Source: an uncultured Candidatus Poseidoniales archaeon (GTDB lineage: Archaea > Thermoplasmatota > Poseidoniia > Poseidoniales > CAYMED01). Taken from it: a DNA stretch of 60,612 nucleotides. The position numbers were made by a program, and so were the translations under genes. Below the pieces are notes generated by a model. It ran no database searches, was not told the DNA's origin, and saw only the letters and a list, made by a program, of their open reading frames with translations. Where the stretch lies: assembly GCA_964389655.1 (NCBI GenBank), contig CAYMED010000017.1, forward strand, positions 1 through 60,612, read 5' to 3'. Below are positions 39,683 through 49,456 of this stretch, piece by piece; the first letter of the stretch is position 1, and each line of letters begins with the position of its first letter.

Positions 39683-41242
39683 TCAGAGAGGGATATTTCC
39701 ATGTTTACGCGGAGGTTGCCATTCGCGCTTCCCCTCAAGAAGAGAAAGATGCCGAATTAGAATCGACCGAGTCTCAGATGGCTCAATGACATCATCAAGC
39801 CATCCATGCTTAGCAGCCACATACGGGTCACCAAACTTCTTTCGGTAATCTTCGACTAACTTCGTACGCACATCCTCTCGTGCGGATTCGTCAGTTGCGG
39901 CTATTTCTCTGCGATGAATTATATTGACGGCACCTTCGGCACCCATGACTGCAAGTTCGGCCGTTGGCCAAGCCACATTGAGGTCAGCTTGCAAGTGCTT
40001 GCAAGCCATAGCAAGATAGGCGCCCCCGTATGCCTTGCGAGTTACTACTGTTAATTTAGGCGTACTAGTTTCGGCATATGCATACAGAAGTTTGGCGCCA
40101 TGCCTGATGATCCCACCCCATTCCTGAACTGTACCGGGAAGAAAGCCAGGTACATCTTCAAGCGTAATTATCGGGAGATTAAAGGCGTCACAAGTTCGAA
40201 TAAATCGGGCTGCCTTTACAGATCCATCAATATCGAGACAACCTGCAAGAACTTTTGGCTGGTTCCCCACAATCCCCACACTATATCCGGCAATATGGGC
40301 AAATCCAATCACAATATTTTCAGCATATGTTGGAAATAATTCAGTGAAAGATCCCTCATCCACAATTCGGTCAATGATTTCAACCATGTCATAGGGCATA
40401 TTTGGATGATCAGGAATGAGCGAATTGAGTTCTAGATTGACATCTTCTCTTTCAAGCGGAATATCTGCTCTTGGAGGAACTGCATCACAGTGATCGGGAA
40501 GATGAGATAAGATTAATCGAACAAGATCAGCTGCGTCTTCATCATCTTCTGCTACAAGGTCAGCGATTCCGGAACGACTTGCGTGCATGTCCGCCCCCCC
40601 TACTTCTGAAGGAATTAAATCACCTTCAGCAATTTCGGGAGTTTCAAGTGGACTGGACATGAACAACTGCCCATGAGTTGCACCAAGTATTGCAATATCG
40701 GCCAACCCAACGGCTAGTGCCGAAGAACCTGCAACTGGGCCAAGAACAACTGCGATTGTCGGAATGCGGCCACTACACTGAACAAGTCGATCAAGCATTA
40801 TGCCTGTGCCACCTAATGCTTGAACACCGTCGTGTGCTCTTTGCCCTCCACCATCGTAGAACCCAATAAGGGGAATACGAGCCCTTTCAGCCATCTCAAT
40901 TGTTTTAGAGATCTTTAATCCATGCATTTCCCCAATACTTCCCCCATGCACGCTAAAATCCTGTGCGAAAACGAACACGCGGCGGCCATTAATGGTCCCA
41001 TGTCCACAGACAACACCATCACCCGGAATTGGGTGTTGATGCATCCCATGTTCAAGCGTTCTGTGCTCGACATGTGCATCTATTTCCAAGAACGAATCCT
41101 CATCTAACAAGGTATCAATTCGCTCTCTTGCAGTACTCCTACCTGCAATGCGCATTGCATCTATTTTCTGACGTCCGCCTCCTTTGATGATGACTTGACG
41201 ACGGCGTTTGAGTTCGTCCATTCCGTCTGTCATGAAGTCCAC
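39683..41242 (-). CDS. Acyl-CoA carboxylase carboxyltransferase (beta) subunit, PccB-like
   Basis: TARERID.LLD, GDGVVCG, AQDFSV.GGS, KAARFIRTCDAF, DVPGFLPG, RKAYGGAY, KHGNIPL. Confidence 0.9.
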   Translation of the reverse strand: MDFMTDGMDELKRRRQVIIKGGGRQKIDAMRIAGRSTARERIDTLLDEDSFLEIDAHVEHRTLEHGMHQHPIPGDGVVCGHGTINGRRVFVFAQDFSVHGGSIGEMHGLKISKTIEMAERARIPLIGFYDGGGQRAHDGVQALGGTGIMLDRLVQCSGRIPTIAVVLGPVAGSSALAVGLADIAILGATHGQLFMSSPLETPEIAEGDLIPSEVGGADMHASRSGIADLVAEDDEDAADLVRLILSHLPDHCDAVPPRADIPLEREDVNLELNSLIPDHPNMPYDMVEIIDRIVDEGSFTELFPTYAENIVIGFAHIAGYSVGIVGNQPKVLAGCLDIDGSVKAARFIRTCDAFNLPIITLEDVPGFLPGTVQEWGGIIRHGAKLLYAYAETSTPKLTVVTRKAYGGAYLAMACKHLQADLNVAWPTAELAVMGAEGAVNIIHRREIAATDESAREDVRTKLVEDYRKKFGDPYVAAKHGWLDDVIEPSETRSILIRHLSLLEGKREWQPPRKHGNIPL

Positions 41243-42612
41243 TCCTTTAAGCCACGGACAAGGGTTGCAGAGCGCTCACCAGAAAGATTACTAGACATCG
41301 CTTCAGAAAAATTAGCACCTCTTAGGCCGCGACCCAACAGGTAAGCTGCTTTCACGCCAATAACATCAGGAGATGTCGCATCCAGTGCAGGCTTAATCCC
41401 CATTCCTTGCTGATGCCGGCCTTTGCTATAGACATGGAGATCTACTGGACCACGAATGCACTGGGTTGTCATGATGACTGGTATATCCATGGAAATTATT
41501 GACGAAAAAGCACTCTCAAGTTCAATATTTTCAGGAGCATCCCCCTCAGGGTCTTCGATGGGTATGTGCCCTAGACCAGTTCCATGAACCACTACGGCAT
41601 CGAATGTGGAGGGATCACCTAAATCAGAGGCACGGAGCCAAGGACCCGCGATGACCTGTCGAATTCGGATGCTTGGGTCGAAAAGTTCCGGTATGGAATG
41701 AATCGGCCTTGCGTTTTTTGCTGGAGGTGAAGGAATATGAAATTCAACAGAATCTCGCAAAACCTCTATCTTTGCAAGTGGTTGACGGTTAATTGCTTCA
41801 AATGCATCACGCGCACTACTGTGCATTTTTCGAGTTGACACGCCTGAATGCACGGCAAGAATTCCATCACTAGATCCGGCATGCATGACAATGACACACG
41901 CATCAGCCTCGCCAGATGGCTCGGGGCCATTTGCCGCCCAAGCAACAGCACCAATCAAATTTTCAACAGCATCTGTTGATCCTCGATCCGAAGATCGCTG
42001 GGAACCAGTAACTACAATTCGGCCCGGTGGTCTCCCTCCAGTTCCAGCCCACCCAAAGTTCAAAGCTGCCGCAGTAATATGCATTGTATCAGTACCATGG
42101 CCAATTACAACACCAACTGATCCTGACTCAAAGGCTTGACGAGTAGCCTCAAGGATGCGGTTCCAATGCTGTGGGCGTACATCATCGGACCACATATTTC
42201 CCAATTTTACTGCCTCAATATTGGCAATCTCTGCAAGTCTGGGGACTGTTTCAATCAGGGCCTCGGGCTCATATTTTGCAACCACAGCACCTGTCGAATA
42301 ATCAACACTACTTGCTATAGTTCCACCCGTATGAATCACAGTAACTAGTGGTAGATCCGAATCTTTGCGATCTGACGCACTCAAAAGTGAAGCTTCATTT
42401 CCGTCTTCCGAACTACTTGTACTCGGGCCACTTACCACTTGAATGTTAGAAATTCGCCCATGAAGAATAGGAACATTGTACCCATTCGCTAATTTCAGAA
42501 TTTCGAGACCATCATCTGCACTTTCAAGGGCTATTCCAATGTGCTCAACATCCCCATCTAGGGTGGAGTGAGTCACGCGGACCGTGCTGCCGATTGGCCA
42601 CTCGAAATTCAT
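41230..42612 (-). CDS. gatD: Glu-tRNA(Gln) amidotransferase subunit D
   Basis: LKLANGYN, TGGTIAS.VDY.TG, HGTDTM, GSQRSSDR, RKMHSSARDAF, GTGLGH. Confidence 0.92.
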   Translation of the reverse strand: MNFEWPIGSTVRVTHSTLDGDVEHIGIALESADDGLEILKLANGYNVPILHGRISNIQVVSGPSTSSSEDGNEASLLSASDRKDSDLPLVTVIHTGGTIASSVDYSTGAVVAKYEPEALIETVPRLAEIANIEAVKLGNMWSDDVRPQHWNRILEATRQAFESGSVGVVIGHGTDTMHITAAALNFGWAGTGGRPPGRIVVTGSQRSSDRGSTDAVENLIGAVAWAANGPEPSGEADACVIVMHAGSSDGILAVHSGVSTRKMHSSARDAFEAINRQPLAKIEVLRDSVEFHIPSPPAKNARPIHSIPELFDPSIRIRQVIAGPWLRASDLGDPSTFDAVVVHGTGLGHIPIEDPEGDAPENIELESAFSSIISMDIPVIMTTQCIRGPVDLHVYSKGRHQQGMGIKPALDATSPDVIGVKAAYLLGRGLRGANFSEAMSSNLSGERSATLVRGLKEWTS

Positions 42613-42708
42613 GTCCCCAATGGCGTCGGAAATCTATGCATCCATGAAGGCTGCGCGGGAAAAGACAACCAATCATTCAAAGTGGAGAGGTTTGCGTCGT
42701 CGCCACAA

Positions 42709-42840
42709 GCCGGGGTGGCGTAGTTGGTAGCGCGCCGGACTCATAGGGCTCCTCTTCGGAGAGGAAGCGCGTTGACTGAGCCCCTCTGGGATGCCTGAGA
42801 CATCCGGAGGTCGCGGGTTCGAGCCCCGCTCCCGGCACCA
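42709..42840 (+). tRNA. tRNA-Met(CAT), elongator type, with a 56-nt intron at 37/38 (42746-42801) and encoded CCA
   Basis: Acceptor GCCGGGG/TCCCGGC, anticodon stem CCGGA/TCCGG, TTCGA T-loop; bulge-helix-bulge CTCA/TGAG with TAG and ACA bulges. Confidence 0.93.
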
Positions 42841-42983
42841 CATATATTGGAAAACTTGGGTAACAAATCGGTATAATCAACCCAAATAGACTAATTTTAT
42901 CGGTGATTGATTCTTCACCCACCAACCGTTGGTTTCAACCACGGACCCGGAGTCGGACTCCTGTGGTTGATCTATCCACTGCA

Positions 42984-43859
42984 ATGAGTGCCGCGCAGGG
43001 CAGTGGTGGCCGTGGTGGAAAAAGTGAGAGGCCAAAATCACTTCCAGCACACAAGGCGCTGGAACCTTTTGACCCTGTCAAACATGCTGCAAAAGAGAAA
43101 GCAGATACTGTCTCGATGTGGATTGTCCTTTCATTTGCGACTATCGTTGCCTTGCTTGAACGATTTCTCTTAATGCCGAGCATGGGACCTGGAGAAGCAG
43201 AAATCCTCTGGATTGGCCCAATTCTTCTTGCTTTTGCTTTGCCAAGTTTACATCGATCAATCCTTCCAGAAATATTCACAGAACACTATACAAAAGGTAC
43301 TTGGTTTCGAGCGACCTTCCTTCACATATTCACTTGGCTTGCCATTTCTTTTCTCATGGTCAATCCCCCTTTCGGAGACATTTCAGCACCAGGAATGCCA
43401 GACGGGGATGGAGTAGATGGTTGGGCGATTGCCAAAATCAACACCACTGGGGAAGTTGTCCAGCTTGAAGGCCTTGACATAAGCCGTTCAGGAGCCACGA
43501 TTGAGATTAGTAATATCACACTTTCAGAAAATGAACGCCTGATCATGCTTGTCGGGATCAGAGATAATTCAGATGCTCAACTTGTTTCAGTTAATGCAAG
43601 TATTCGCACAGTCGATGGCGAACTATTTCTTGAAGCTCTAGATGAAGCGGCACTTGAAAATGCAACTTCAACCCCGTTTCTGAGAACGATGACCATGTCA
43701 GATTCTCAAATTGAAACCATGCAGGGATTTGAAATCCCTCATATTGGAATCGGTGCCTACGATATCTCAATCACATTTACTGACCAAGGGGAGCCATGGA
43801 TCAATTCAGCAACTGTTGAACTTGCCTTTAATGTGGATGCAGGAAATCAGGCATCTTGA
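42984..43859 (+). CDS. Hypothetical membrane protein (3 TM + Ig-like C-terminus)
   Basis: TM helices ending in VNPPFGD.SAP, followed by a beta-rich domain. Confidence 0.65.
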   Translation: MSAAQGSGGRGGKSERPKSLPAHKALEPFDPVKHAAKEKADTVSMWIVLSFATIVALLERFLLMPSMGPGEAEILWIGPILLAFALPSLHRSILPEIFTEHYTKGTWFRATFLHIFTWLAISFLMVNPPFGDISAPGMPDGDGVDGWAIAKINTTGEVVQLEGLDISRSGATIEISNITLSENERLIMLVGIRDNSDAQLVSVNASIRTVDGELFLEALDEAALENATSTPFLRTMTMSDSQIETMQGFEIPHIGIGAYDISITFTDQGEPWINSATVELAFNVDAGNQAS

Positions 43860-44203
43860 TCCCATGGAGGAAGGAACAGTTCGGGGACTTTATGCAAGAT
43901 TGATCTGCAAATATGCTCACAGCGCCTCTTTACTGCCAAATTTTTCGATCGTTTCATGTAGCGGATGTTGCGCTTCTTACGGAGAATATTGCCTATGGCA
44001 GTCCATGCTAAAATAGACTCGATTTGACCAATACAGCGAGAGGGCCGGGCTAAATCAGTAACTCCGGCCCAACTCGCAATATATGATCGAGAATTTGGAA
44101 GCGCATGCTGGCTACACCAGTCCAATCCCATCAGTTTGCTGCGAGGGTGTACATAGACCTGATTATGCAAAACCCACCCCAAATTGAAAGTGAATGTGTT
44201 CAT
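43847..44203 (-). CDS. Possible small basic hypothetical protein
   Basis: ATGA overlap with the rfcS stop; only long ORF filling the gap; no motif. Confidence 0.35.
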   Translation of the reverse strand: MNTFTFNLGWVLHNQVYVHPRSKLMGLDWCSQHALPNSRSYIASWAGVTDLARPSRCIGQIESILAWTAIGNILRKKRNIRYMKRSKNLAVKRRCEHICRSILHKVPELFLPPWDQDA

Positions 44204-45150
44204 CCGGTCAATCGTTGCACCAAGGCGGCTGTGAGAGCATCCAACTGAACTTGTTCGGACCCCCCTTCAACAAGCCGATAATCAATCTCAGCCATGACTT
44301 CTGTGAGGTCCAATTTATCACTTTCAGACAAAAATTCTGCTGCGTAGATTGATCGATGTAACTGCATAACGAAATCTGTACCAGCAAGCCCAAATTCATC
44401 TAGAATCCCCCGCATGCGGCGCCTAGCAGCGTGAAATCCATCCACCTTACAAGCTTCGATGAATGCGTGAAGGGACTCCGGTGGGGCTGTTGCAGTAGTG
44501 TCATAGACTTTGGCTCTCGTAACATGGCGATCAACAGCTGCCGCAACCTGCAGTGTTGTAATTGCCCTACGTAAATCTCCATGACTAACTCTGACAATAG
44601 CCTCAGTAGCCTCTTGGTCAATTGAAACATCCTCGATTTTAGCAATCTCTGTTATTTGAATTTGAACTTCATTATCGGGTAAAGGCCGAAAGCGAAAGAC
44701 TGCACAACGGCTCTGAATTGGTTCAATGATTTTTGACGAGTAATTGCATGACATAATGAAACGACATGTTTCGGCATGTTGCTCCATGATTCGCCTAAGT
44801 GCACCCTGCGCATCAGCAGTCAATGCATCTGCCTCGTCGAGAAATACAACCTTGAATGGCTGCTGATTACGAGGCTGAGTGCGAGCAAATTCCTTGACCT
44901 TTTTTCGCACTGACTCAAGTTTCCGCTCATCACTCGCATTCATTTCCAAAATATTTGCGTTATCACCTAGCACATCTCGGCACAAGGCCATGGCCGCTGT
45001 TGTTTTACCAGTCCCAGGAGGTCCTGCAAGCAAGAGATGAGGGAATGTGCCTGAATTTGCATGACTCCTCAACCGATCAATGACTGACGGTTGACCACGC
45101 ATATCATGGACCGATCGGGGCCGGTGCTTCTCAACCCACAACTCCGTCAT
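44200..45150 (-). CDS. rfcS: Replication factor C small subunit
   Basis: WVEKHRP, GPPGTGKTT, EMNASDER, LDEAD, AQGALRR, SRC. Confidence 0.96.
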   Translation of the reverse strand: MTELWVEKHRPRSVHDMRGQPSVIDRLRSHANSGTFPHLLLAGPPGTGKTTAAMALCRDVLGDNANILEMNASDERKLESVRKKVKEFARTQPRNQQPFKVVFLDEADALTADAQGALRRIMEQHAETCRFIMSCNYSSKIIEPIQSRCAVFRFRPLPDNEVQIQITEIAKIEDVSIDQEATEAIVRVSHGDLRRAITTLQVAAAVDRHVTRAKVYDTTATAPPESLHAFIEACKVDGFHAARRRMRGILDEFGLAGTDFVMQLHRSIYAAEFLSESDKLDLTEVMAEIDYRLVEGGSEQVQLDALTAALVQRLTG

Positions 45151-45256
45151 GAAAAGGCTCCGAATTTCGGGGCGGATAGATATTGCGACACTCTGATAAA
45201 CTCAAACAACCCATAGGGATGTTCAAGACCTGCTCTGCTCTCGTCAACCGAGGAAG

Positions 45257-47680
45257 ATGCAATTTGGCCGTGGGATGTGTGCCATCTTACTAGTTCTGCC
45301 ACTTTTCATGCTTGTTCCCCAACCAGCATCCCCTTTCGCTGTTGGGGCAAACTCAGGGAATTTCCAAGTTGATCCCGCTGATTGTTCATCTACAGTTGGC
45401 GTTGATGCAATTCGGATCTCGCCCACTGGACATCGATCAATCACAAGTGACCAAACAATTGATTTTAATGCAATTCTCTTTGATGCAGGAGGTGGTGATG
45501 TTGAAGGAAAAGTCTACTGGTCATCGTCCTCAGGCTTAATTGATCGTGAAACTGGTTTTTTTGTACCTGCTGAAACTGGTTCTGTAACTGTTGCTGCATG
45601 TGCTGGAAATGAAGTCGAAATGACAACAGTTACTGTTCGGCAGGGTGCAACGATTTCTCTTGAAATCGAGAGTGAAATTCACTCGATCACAACAGACGAA
45701 ACACTTGATTTAGTACTCTGGGCAGTAGATAGCAAAGGGAACCGGGAGTTAGCTCTTATTCCAATGATGAATTGGGAGGTCGAAGGAGGCCTTCAGCCCA
45801 GTTGGAAAGCAACCTATTACCAATTCACACCTCGCTTTGTCGGAAATTGGAGCATCGTTGCAAAGTCTGCTGATTCGGCTGCCACAGCAACGTGGTGGGT
45901 CGATGTGTCGCCAGGCATAGCGCGAAGTGCTGTACTTCGGACAGATAGTGTTGAAATGACGACAGATGATTCAATTCGGCTTTGGATCGAACTTTCCGAT
46001 GCAAAAGGGAACATTTGGCCCGCAGAGGGCCGAATTACTGCAGTTGATTCAATTGCGCGAACTTGGGTCTCAAATGATGGAGACAACTGGATATTCTCAC
46101 CTACTCGAATCGGCTCTTGGATTCTTGAAGCAGTCTATGATGGATCTGCTGCTAGCAATGCACTTTTGGATACTGAAACGATCACAGTAGCCGCAGGGGA
46201 TCTTGCGAACCTTGCTATCGATGGAGAAGGAGAAATAGTGACTGTGGATCAGAAATTATCGCTAAACCCTGTGTTTACAGACCAGCATGGAAACGAGGTT
46301 GTACCCCGGAATGTGTTATGGATCGTAGATGGGGCTGACATGTCCTCCGAACTTAATGCCAATGCGTGGAGATTAGCGCAAAGTTCTGCAGGAGCGCACA
46401 CCGTGATTGCCTCTGCAGAAGGCCGTGTTGCAAGAATTAGTTATGAGGTGACTCCAGGTACATGTGCCGATATTGATACATCACTCGACCGTGTTCTGAG
46501 AATAGAAGCAGGAATGGATGTACCTTTCATTGTAAGTTGCACTGATACTCATGGAAACAAGTATCCTGTAGAAGTTAATTGGGAAGGTTCGCCAAATGCG
46601 GTAGAGATCACACCAGATGAGGCTGGAGGCTTAGGTGCATTCCAACTCCGTGGAATCAAGGTTGGGGAACATCAACTTACTATGATTGCTGATGACCGTG
46701 AAGAAACGTTTTTTGTTACTGTTCTCGCTTCTAGCCTTGCCAAGCTCAATGTCGTCCATGACACAGACGCGAATCAAGGAGATCAATTCACATTTACAGT
46801 ACATGGAGAAGATGCATGGGGGAACTCAGTCCCTGTGAACGAATCATCCCTTGTGGTCGAGACTTCAATTGGGGAGGTCAGTGCACCGAATGAAGGGGAA
46901 TTTACAGTACTTGCAGAGTATGATGGAACACAACAACTCATCGTGGTCCAGTCAGGTGATATCACAGAACTAATCTATGTAGATATACGACCAAACCTCT
47001 TCGAAGGGAAATTTGGTTCCTCTGAGAATGTTCTCGTTGGTGTCATAGGAGGGAATTCATTTTTGCTCCTAGGTGCACTTCTTGTTCTTCTCTATGTAAG
47101 CCGGCTTGCTCCTGTGCGGATCGAAGATCTAGAAGCGGAAGACGAAATAAGTGCAGCCATATCCTCGAACCAGAACAACCAATATAGCAATATAGCCGGA
47201 AATGAGTATGTTGGACCACCTAGTCCGCCTGTATCCCCACCGCCATCTTTGCCAGCAGCATGGAAAGCAGCTGTTGACCCATACGCTTGGTCTGCTGCTG
47301 CACCCGAAAATTCACCTACCGATCTCGCAATTGCTTCCGCATCATTGCTCGGAGAAAAACAACAGTCAGACCCCTACGGAGCTGCTGCTGCTGCAAGTTT
47401 GTTGGTTCCAACTACTTCGAATATAGTTGACACTCCTGCCGCTCAAAGTGTTCAAAATCAGGTGACATCACCACCTCTCGAGGAAAAGCAGCCGCCAATA
47501 TCTGAAACAAAGCCTCCTGCTGGAAATGTAACAACCAACCCGCTCCCAACAGACCCAACAGGAGCGGCAATGAGGGCAGTTCCTGGAACTGTAGCCGGGA
47601 AAACGGGATGGTACCTAGGCACAGATGGAATGCCGAAATACATGGCGTGGGAATCTGGCGAATGGAAACTCCGTTCATGA
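45257..47680 (+). CDS. Ig-like repeat surface protein, single TM, Pro-rich cytoplasmic tail
   Basis: Recurring D.xGN motif (DSKGN, DAKGN, DQHGN, DTHGN, DAWGN); signal peptide. Confidence 0.7.
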   Translation: MQFGRGMCAILLVLPLFMLVPQPASPFAVGANSGNFQVDPADCSSTVGVDAIRISPTGHRSITSDQTIDFNAILFDAGGGDVEGKVYWSSSSGLIDRETGFFVPAETGSVTVAACAGNEVEMTTVTVRQGATISLEIESEIHSITTDETLDLVLWAVDSKGNRELALIPMMNWEVEGGLQPSWKATYYQFTPRFVGNWSIVAKSADSAATATWWVDVSPGIARSAVLRTDSVEMTTDDSIRLWIELSDAKGNIWPAEGRITAVDSIARTWVSNDGDNWIFSPTRIGSWILEAVYDGSAASNALLDTETITVAAGDLANLAIDGEGEIVTVDQKLSLNPVFTDQHGNEVVPRNVLWIVDGADMSSELNANAWRLAQSSAGAHTVIASAEGRVARISYEVTPGTCADIDTSLDRVLRIEAGMDVPFIVSCTDTHGNKYPVEVNWEGSPNAVEITPDEAGGLGAFQLRGIKVGEHQLTMIADDREETFFVTVLASSLAKLNVVHDTDANQGDQFTFTVHGEDAWGNSVPVNESSLVVETSIGEVSAPNEGEFTVLAEYDGTQQLIVVQSGDITELIYVDIRPNLFEGKFGSSENVLVGVIGGNSFLLLGALLVLLYVSRLAPVRIEDLEAEDEISAAISSNQNNQYSNIAGNEYVGPPSPPVSPPPSLPAAWKAAVDPYAWSAAAPENSPTDLAIASASLLGEKQQSDPYGAAAAASLLVPTTSNIVDTPAAQSVQNQVTSPPLEEKQPPISETKPPAGNVTTNPLPTDPTGAAMRAVPGTVAGKTGWYLGTDGMPKYMAWESGEWKLRS

Positions 47681-47731
47681 GCACCTCCTAAAGCGATGTA
47701 ATTGAAGTCAGCATGTTAGGGCGGTGAGGGT

Positions 47732-49456
47732 GTGGAGGTAGTTGAAGAAGGCGACGAGCCCGTAGAAACAGCCGCTTCGAGAGATTTCCCTTCGATACCT
47801 CCACGTATTCTCTGGGCCATGTTAATTCTTGGAATTCTTCTCCGCCTCATCTCATTCGCATTTGCGACAATCGGCGTCGATGCTCATGTTCACATTGCAT
47901 ATGCATCAAGCCTTGCGCATGAAGGGAATACGGAGTTAGAATGGGGACCAATCAATAACTATTGGAATCACTCAGCATCACATCCAAATTCAACTTCAGA
48001 AGGAGTAGGTAATCGATACATATTGTGGCACGCATATCTTGCCACGCTGGGTTCATTAGGTGGTTGGAATGAAACCACTTTCAAAGTTGCGAGCTTGTTC
48101 CATTCGGCACTCTTCCTAGGCACTGTGTGGGTAGCAACTCAGCGGCGATATGGCCGCAATGCAGCATTGCAAGTCACCGCAATTGCGAGTTGCCATCAAT
48201 TGCTAATTCTAGTCGCTGTTCAATCCTATCAAGAAGAGATCTTAGCCACGATAATGGTGGGAGCTGTCTGGTCATTTTTAGCTGCGGAGGAGCAGCGAAA
48301 AGAGGGCACACGACCGACTTGGATTCTAGTTACTTCCCTTTGTACTATTGCATTTATTTTTATCAAAGGGATGGGAATTTACTTGTTGCTCGCATTGGCC
48401 TTAATTGGACTAATATGGTTCTTTGTCATCACCAAACCAAATTCAAGGGCGTTGGATTTTCTTCGGCGGCGAAAATGGATTGCTATTGGATACGCAGTCC
48501 TGCTTTTGTGGGGGGCAATGCTTGTTGCTGGGTTCTTTGATATCACACCTGTATGGCATCGATTGAAGATGAATCCCACGATGTTTGTGCTAGCATTCTT
48601 TCTCTCAATAATTGCTTACATGTTGTGGTGGGGACTGATGTCATTCATTCTTCTCCCTCACTTACCAGAGATGCTACGTAGGCTGACAAAAACGCACAGC
48701 CCAATATCGGTGATTCATCTGAGTATGATCACAATCATCCCCTTAGCATTCATCATTCTGACAAACGCAGGATTATGGACACATGAAGCGGGGATTTTGG
48801 ATGTGGGGTTGTTCGTATTCGATGACCCACGCACTGAACGGCCTTTCGGGGGATGGTCAAATGGCCGATATCTGACAATCATGCTAGTGCCCGCTTGGTG
48901 GCTTCTATTGGAATGCCGAAAGTATGCAATTGAAGGAGATGATGATGATATCGAGAAATTAGTTCAGCCGTTCAAGAGCATTGCTAAGTCCAACCAAAAT
49001 GGTGCTTTTTGGGTTGGTTCAATGTGGGTCCTTGTCATTGCTACAATGCTAACGGCATTGATTCCACCTGCTTTTTTCATTGCGCATCACCATCCTGTTG
49101 AAGCATCTAAGGCTATGGGAGAAGTTCTAGAAGATGGAGAAGAATTTCTTGTGATTACTTACCCAAGACAGAACCACCACCGCTTGTATCAACTCCGACT
49201 AGGTATCGACCCTGATGACTCACGAAACATCATGGGCCATTGGAGAGACAATGAAGCACCGTGGGCATCTGAAATTGAAGACTGTCTAATTCCTGAATAT
49301 GCAGGAGACATACGTAGCGTAGATTGGATTGCAATTTGGAAAGATGTTCCTGCGCTAAATGTCAGTGGATATGTAATCCGAGATATAGGCATGCCAGAAG
49401 GATGGACTGTAATGGAACGAACAGGAAGTCCTACGTGTCCTCCAATCTCGAGTTAG
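47732..49456 (+). CDS. GT-C fold (ArnT/PMT-like) membrane glycosyltransferase
   Basis: N-terminal TM + acidic loop (VDAHVH), many TMs, GRYL..LVP, soluble C-terminal domain. Confidence 0.55.
   Translation: MEVVEEGDEPVETAASRDFPSIPPRILWAMLILGILLRLISFAFATIGVDAHVHIAYASSLAHEGNTELEWGPINNYWNHSASHPNSTSEGVGNRYILWHAYLATLGSLGGWNETTFKVASLFHSALFLGTVWVATQRRYGRNAALQVTAIASCHQLLILVAVQSYQEEILATIMVGAVWSFLAAEEQRKEGTRPTWILVTSLCTIAFIFIKGMGIYLLLALALIGLIWFFVITKPNSRALDFLRRRKWIAIGYAVLLLWGAMLVAGFFDITPVWHRLKMNPTMFVLAFFLSIIAYMLWWGLMSFILLPHLPEMLRRLTKTHSPISVIHLSMITIIPLAFIILTNAGLWTHEAGILDVGLFVFDDPRTERPFGGWSNGRYLTIMLVPAWWLLLECRKYAIEGDDDDIEKLVQPFKSIAKSNQNGAFWVGSMWVLVIATMLTALIPPAFFIAHHHPVEASKAMGEVLEDGEEFLVITYPRQNHHRLYQLRLGIDPDDSRNIMGHWRDNEAPWASEIEDCLIPEYAGDIRSVDWIAIWKDVPALNVSGYVIRDIGMPEGWTVMERTGSPTCPPISS

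Noticed and set aside
42746-42801. C/D-box guide RNA in the tRNA intron (two CTGA)
   Set aside because: No RTGATGA C box, and one CTGA is part of the BHB helix
42677-42925. 82-aa minus-strand ORF
   Set aside because: Antisense to the tRNA-Met gene; a shadow ORF
44042-44070. GGGCCGG/CCGGCCC hairpin as an ncRNA
   Set aside because: Single 7-bp stem with no SRP or RNase P features; lies within a possible ORF
42841-44200. Integrated element at the tRNA 3' end
   Set aside because: No integrase and no duplicated tRNA 3' end seen in the window
44200-45150. Intein in the RFC small subunit
   Set aside because: Normal 316-aa length with contiguous motifs
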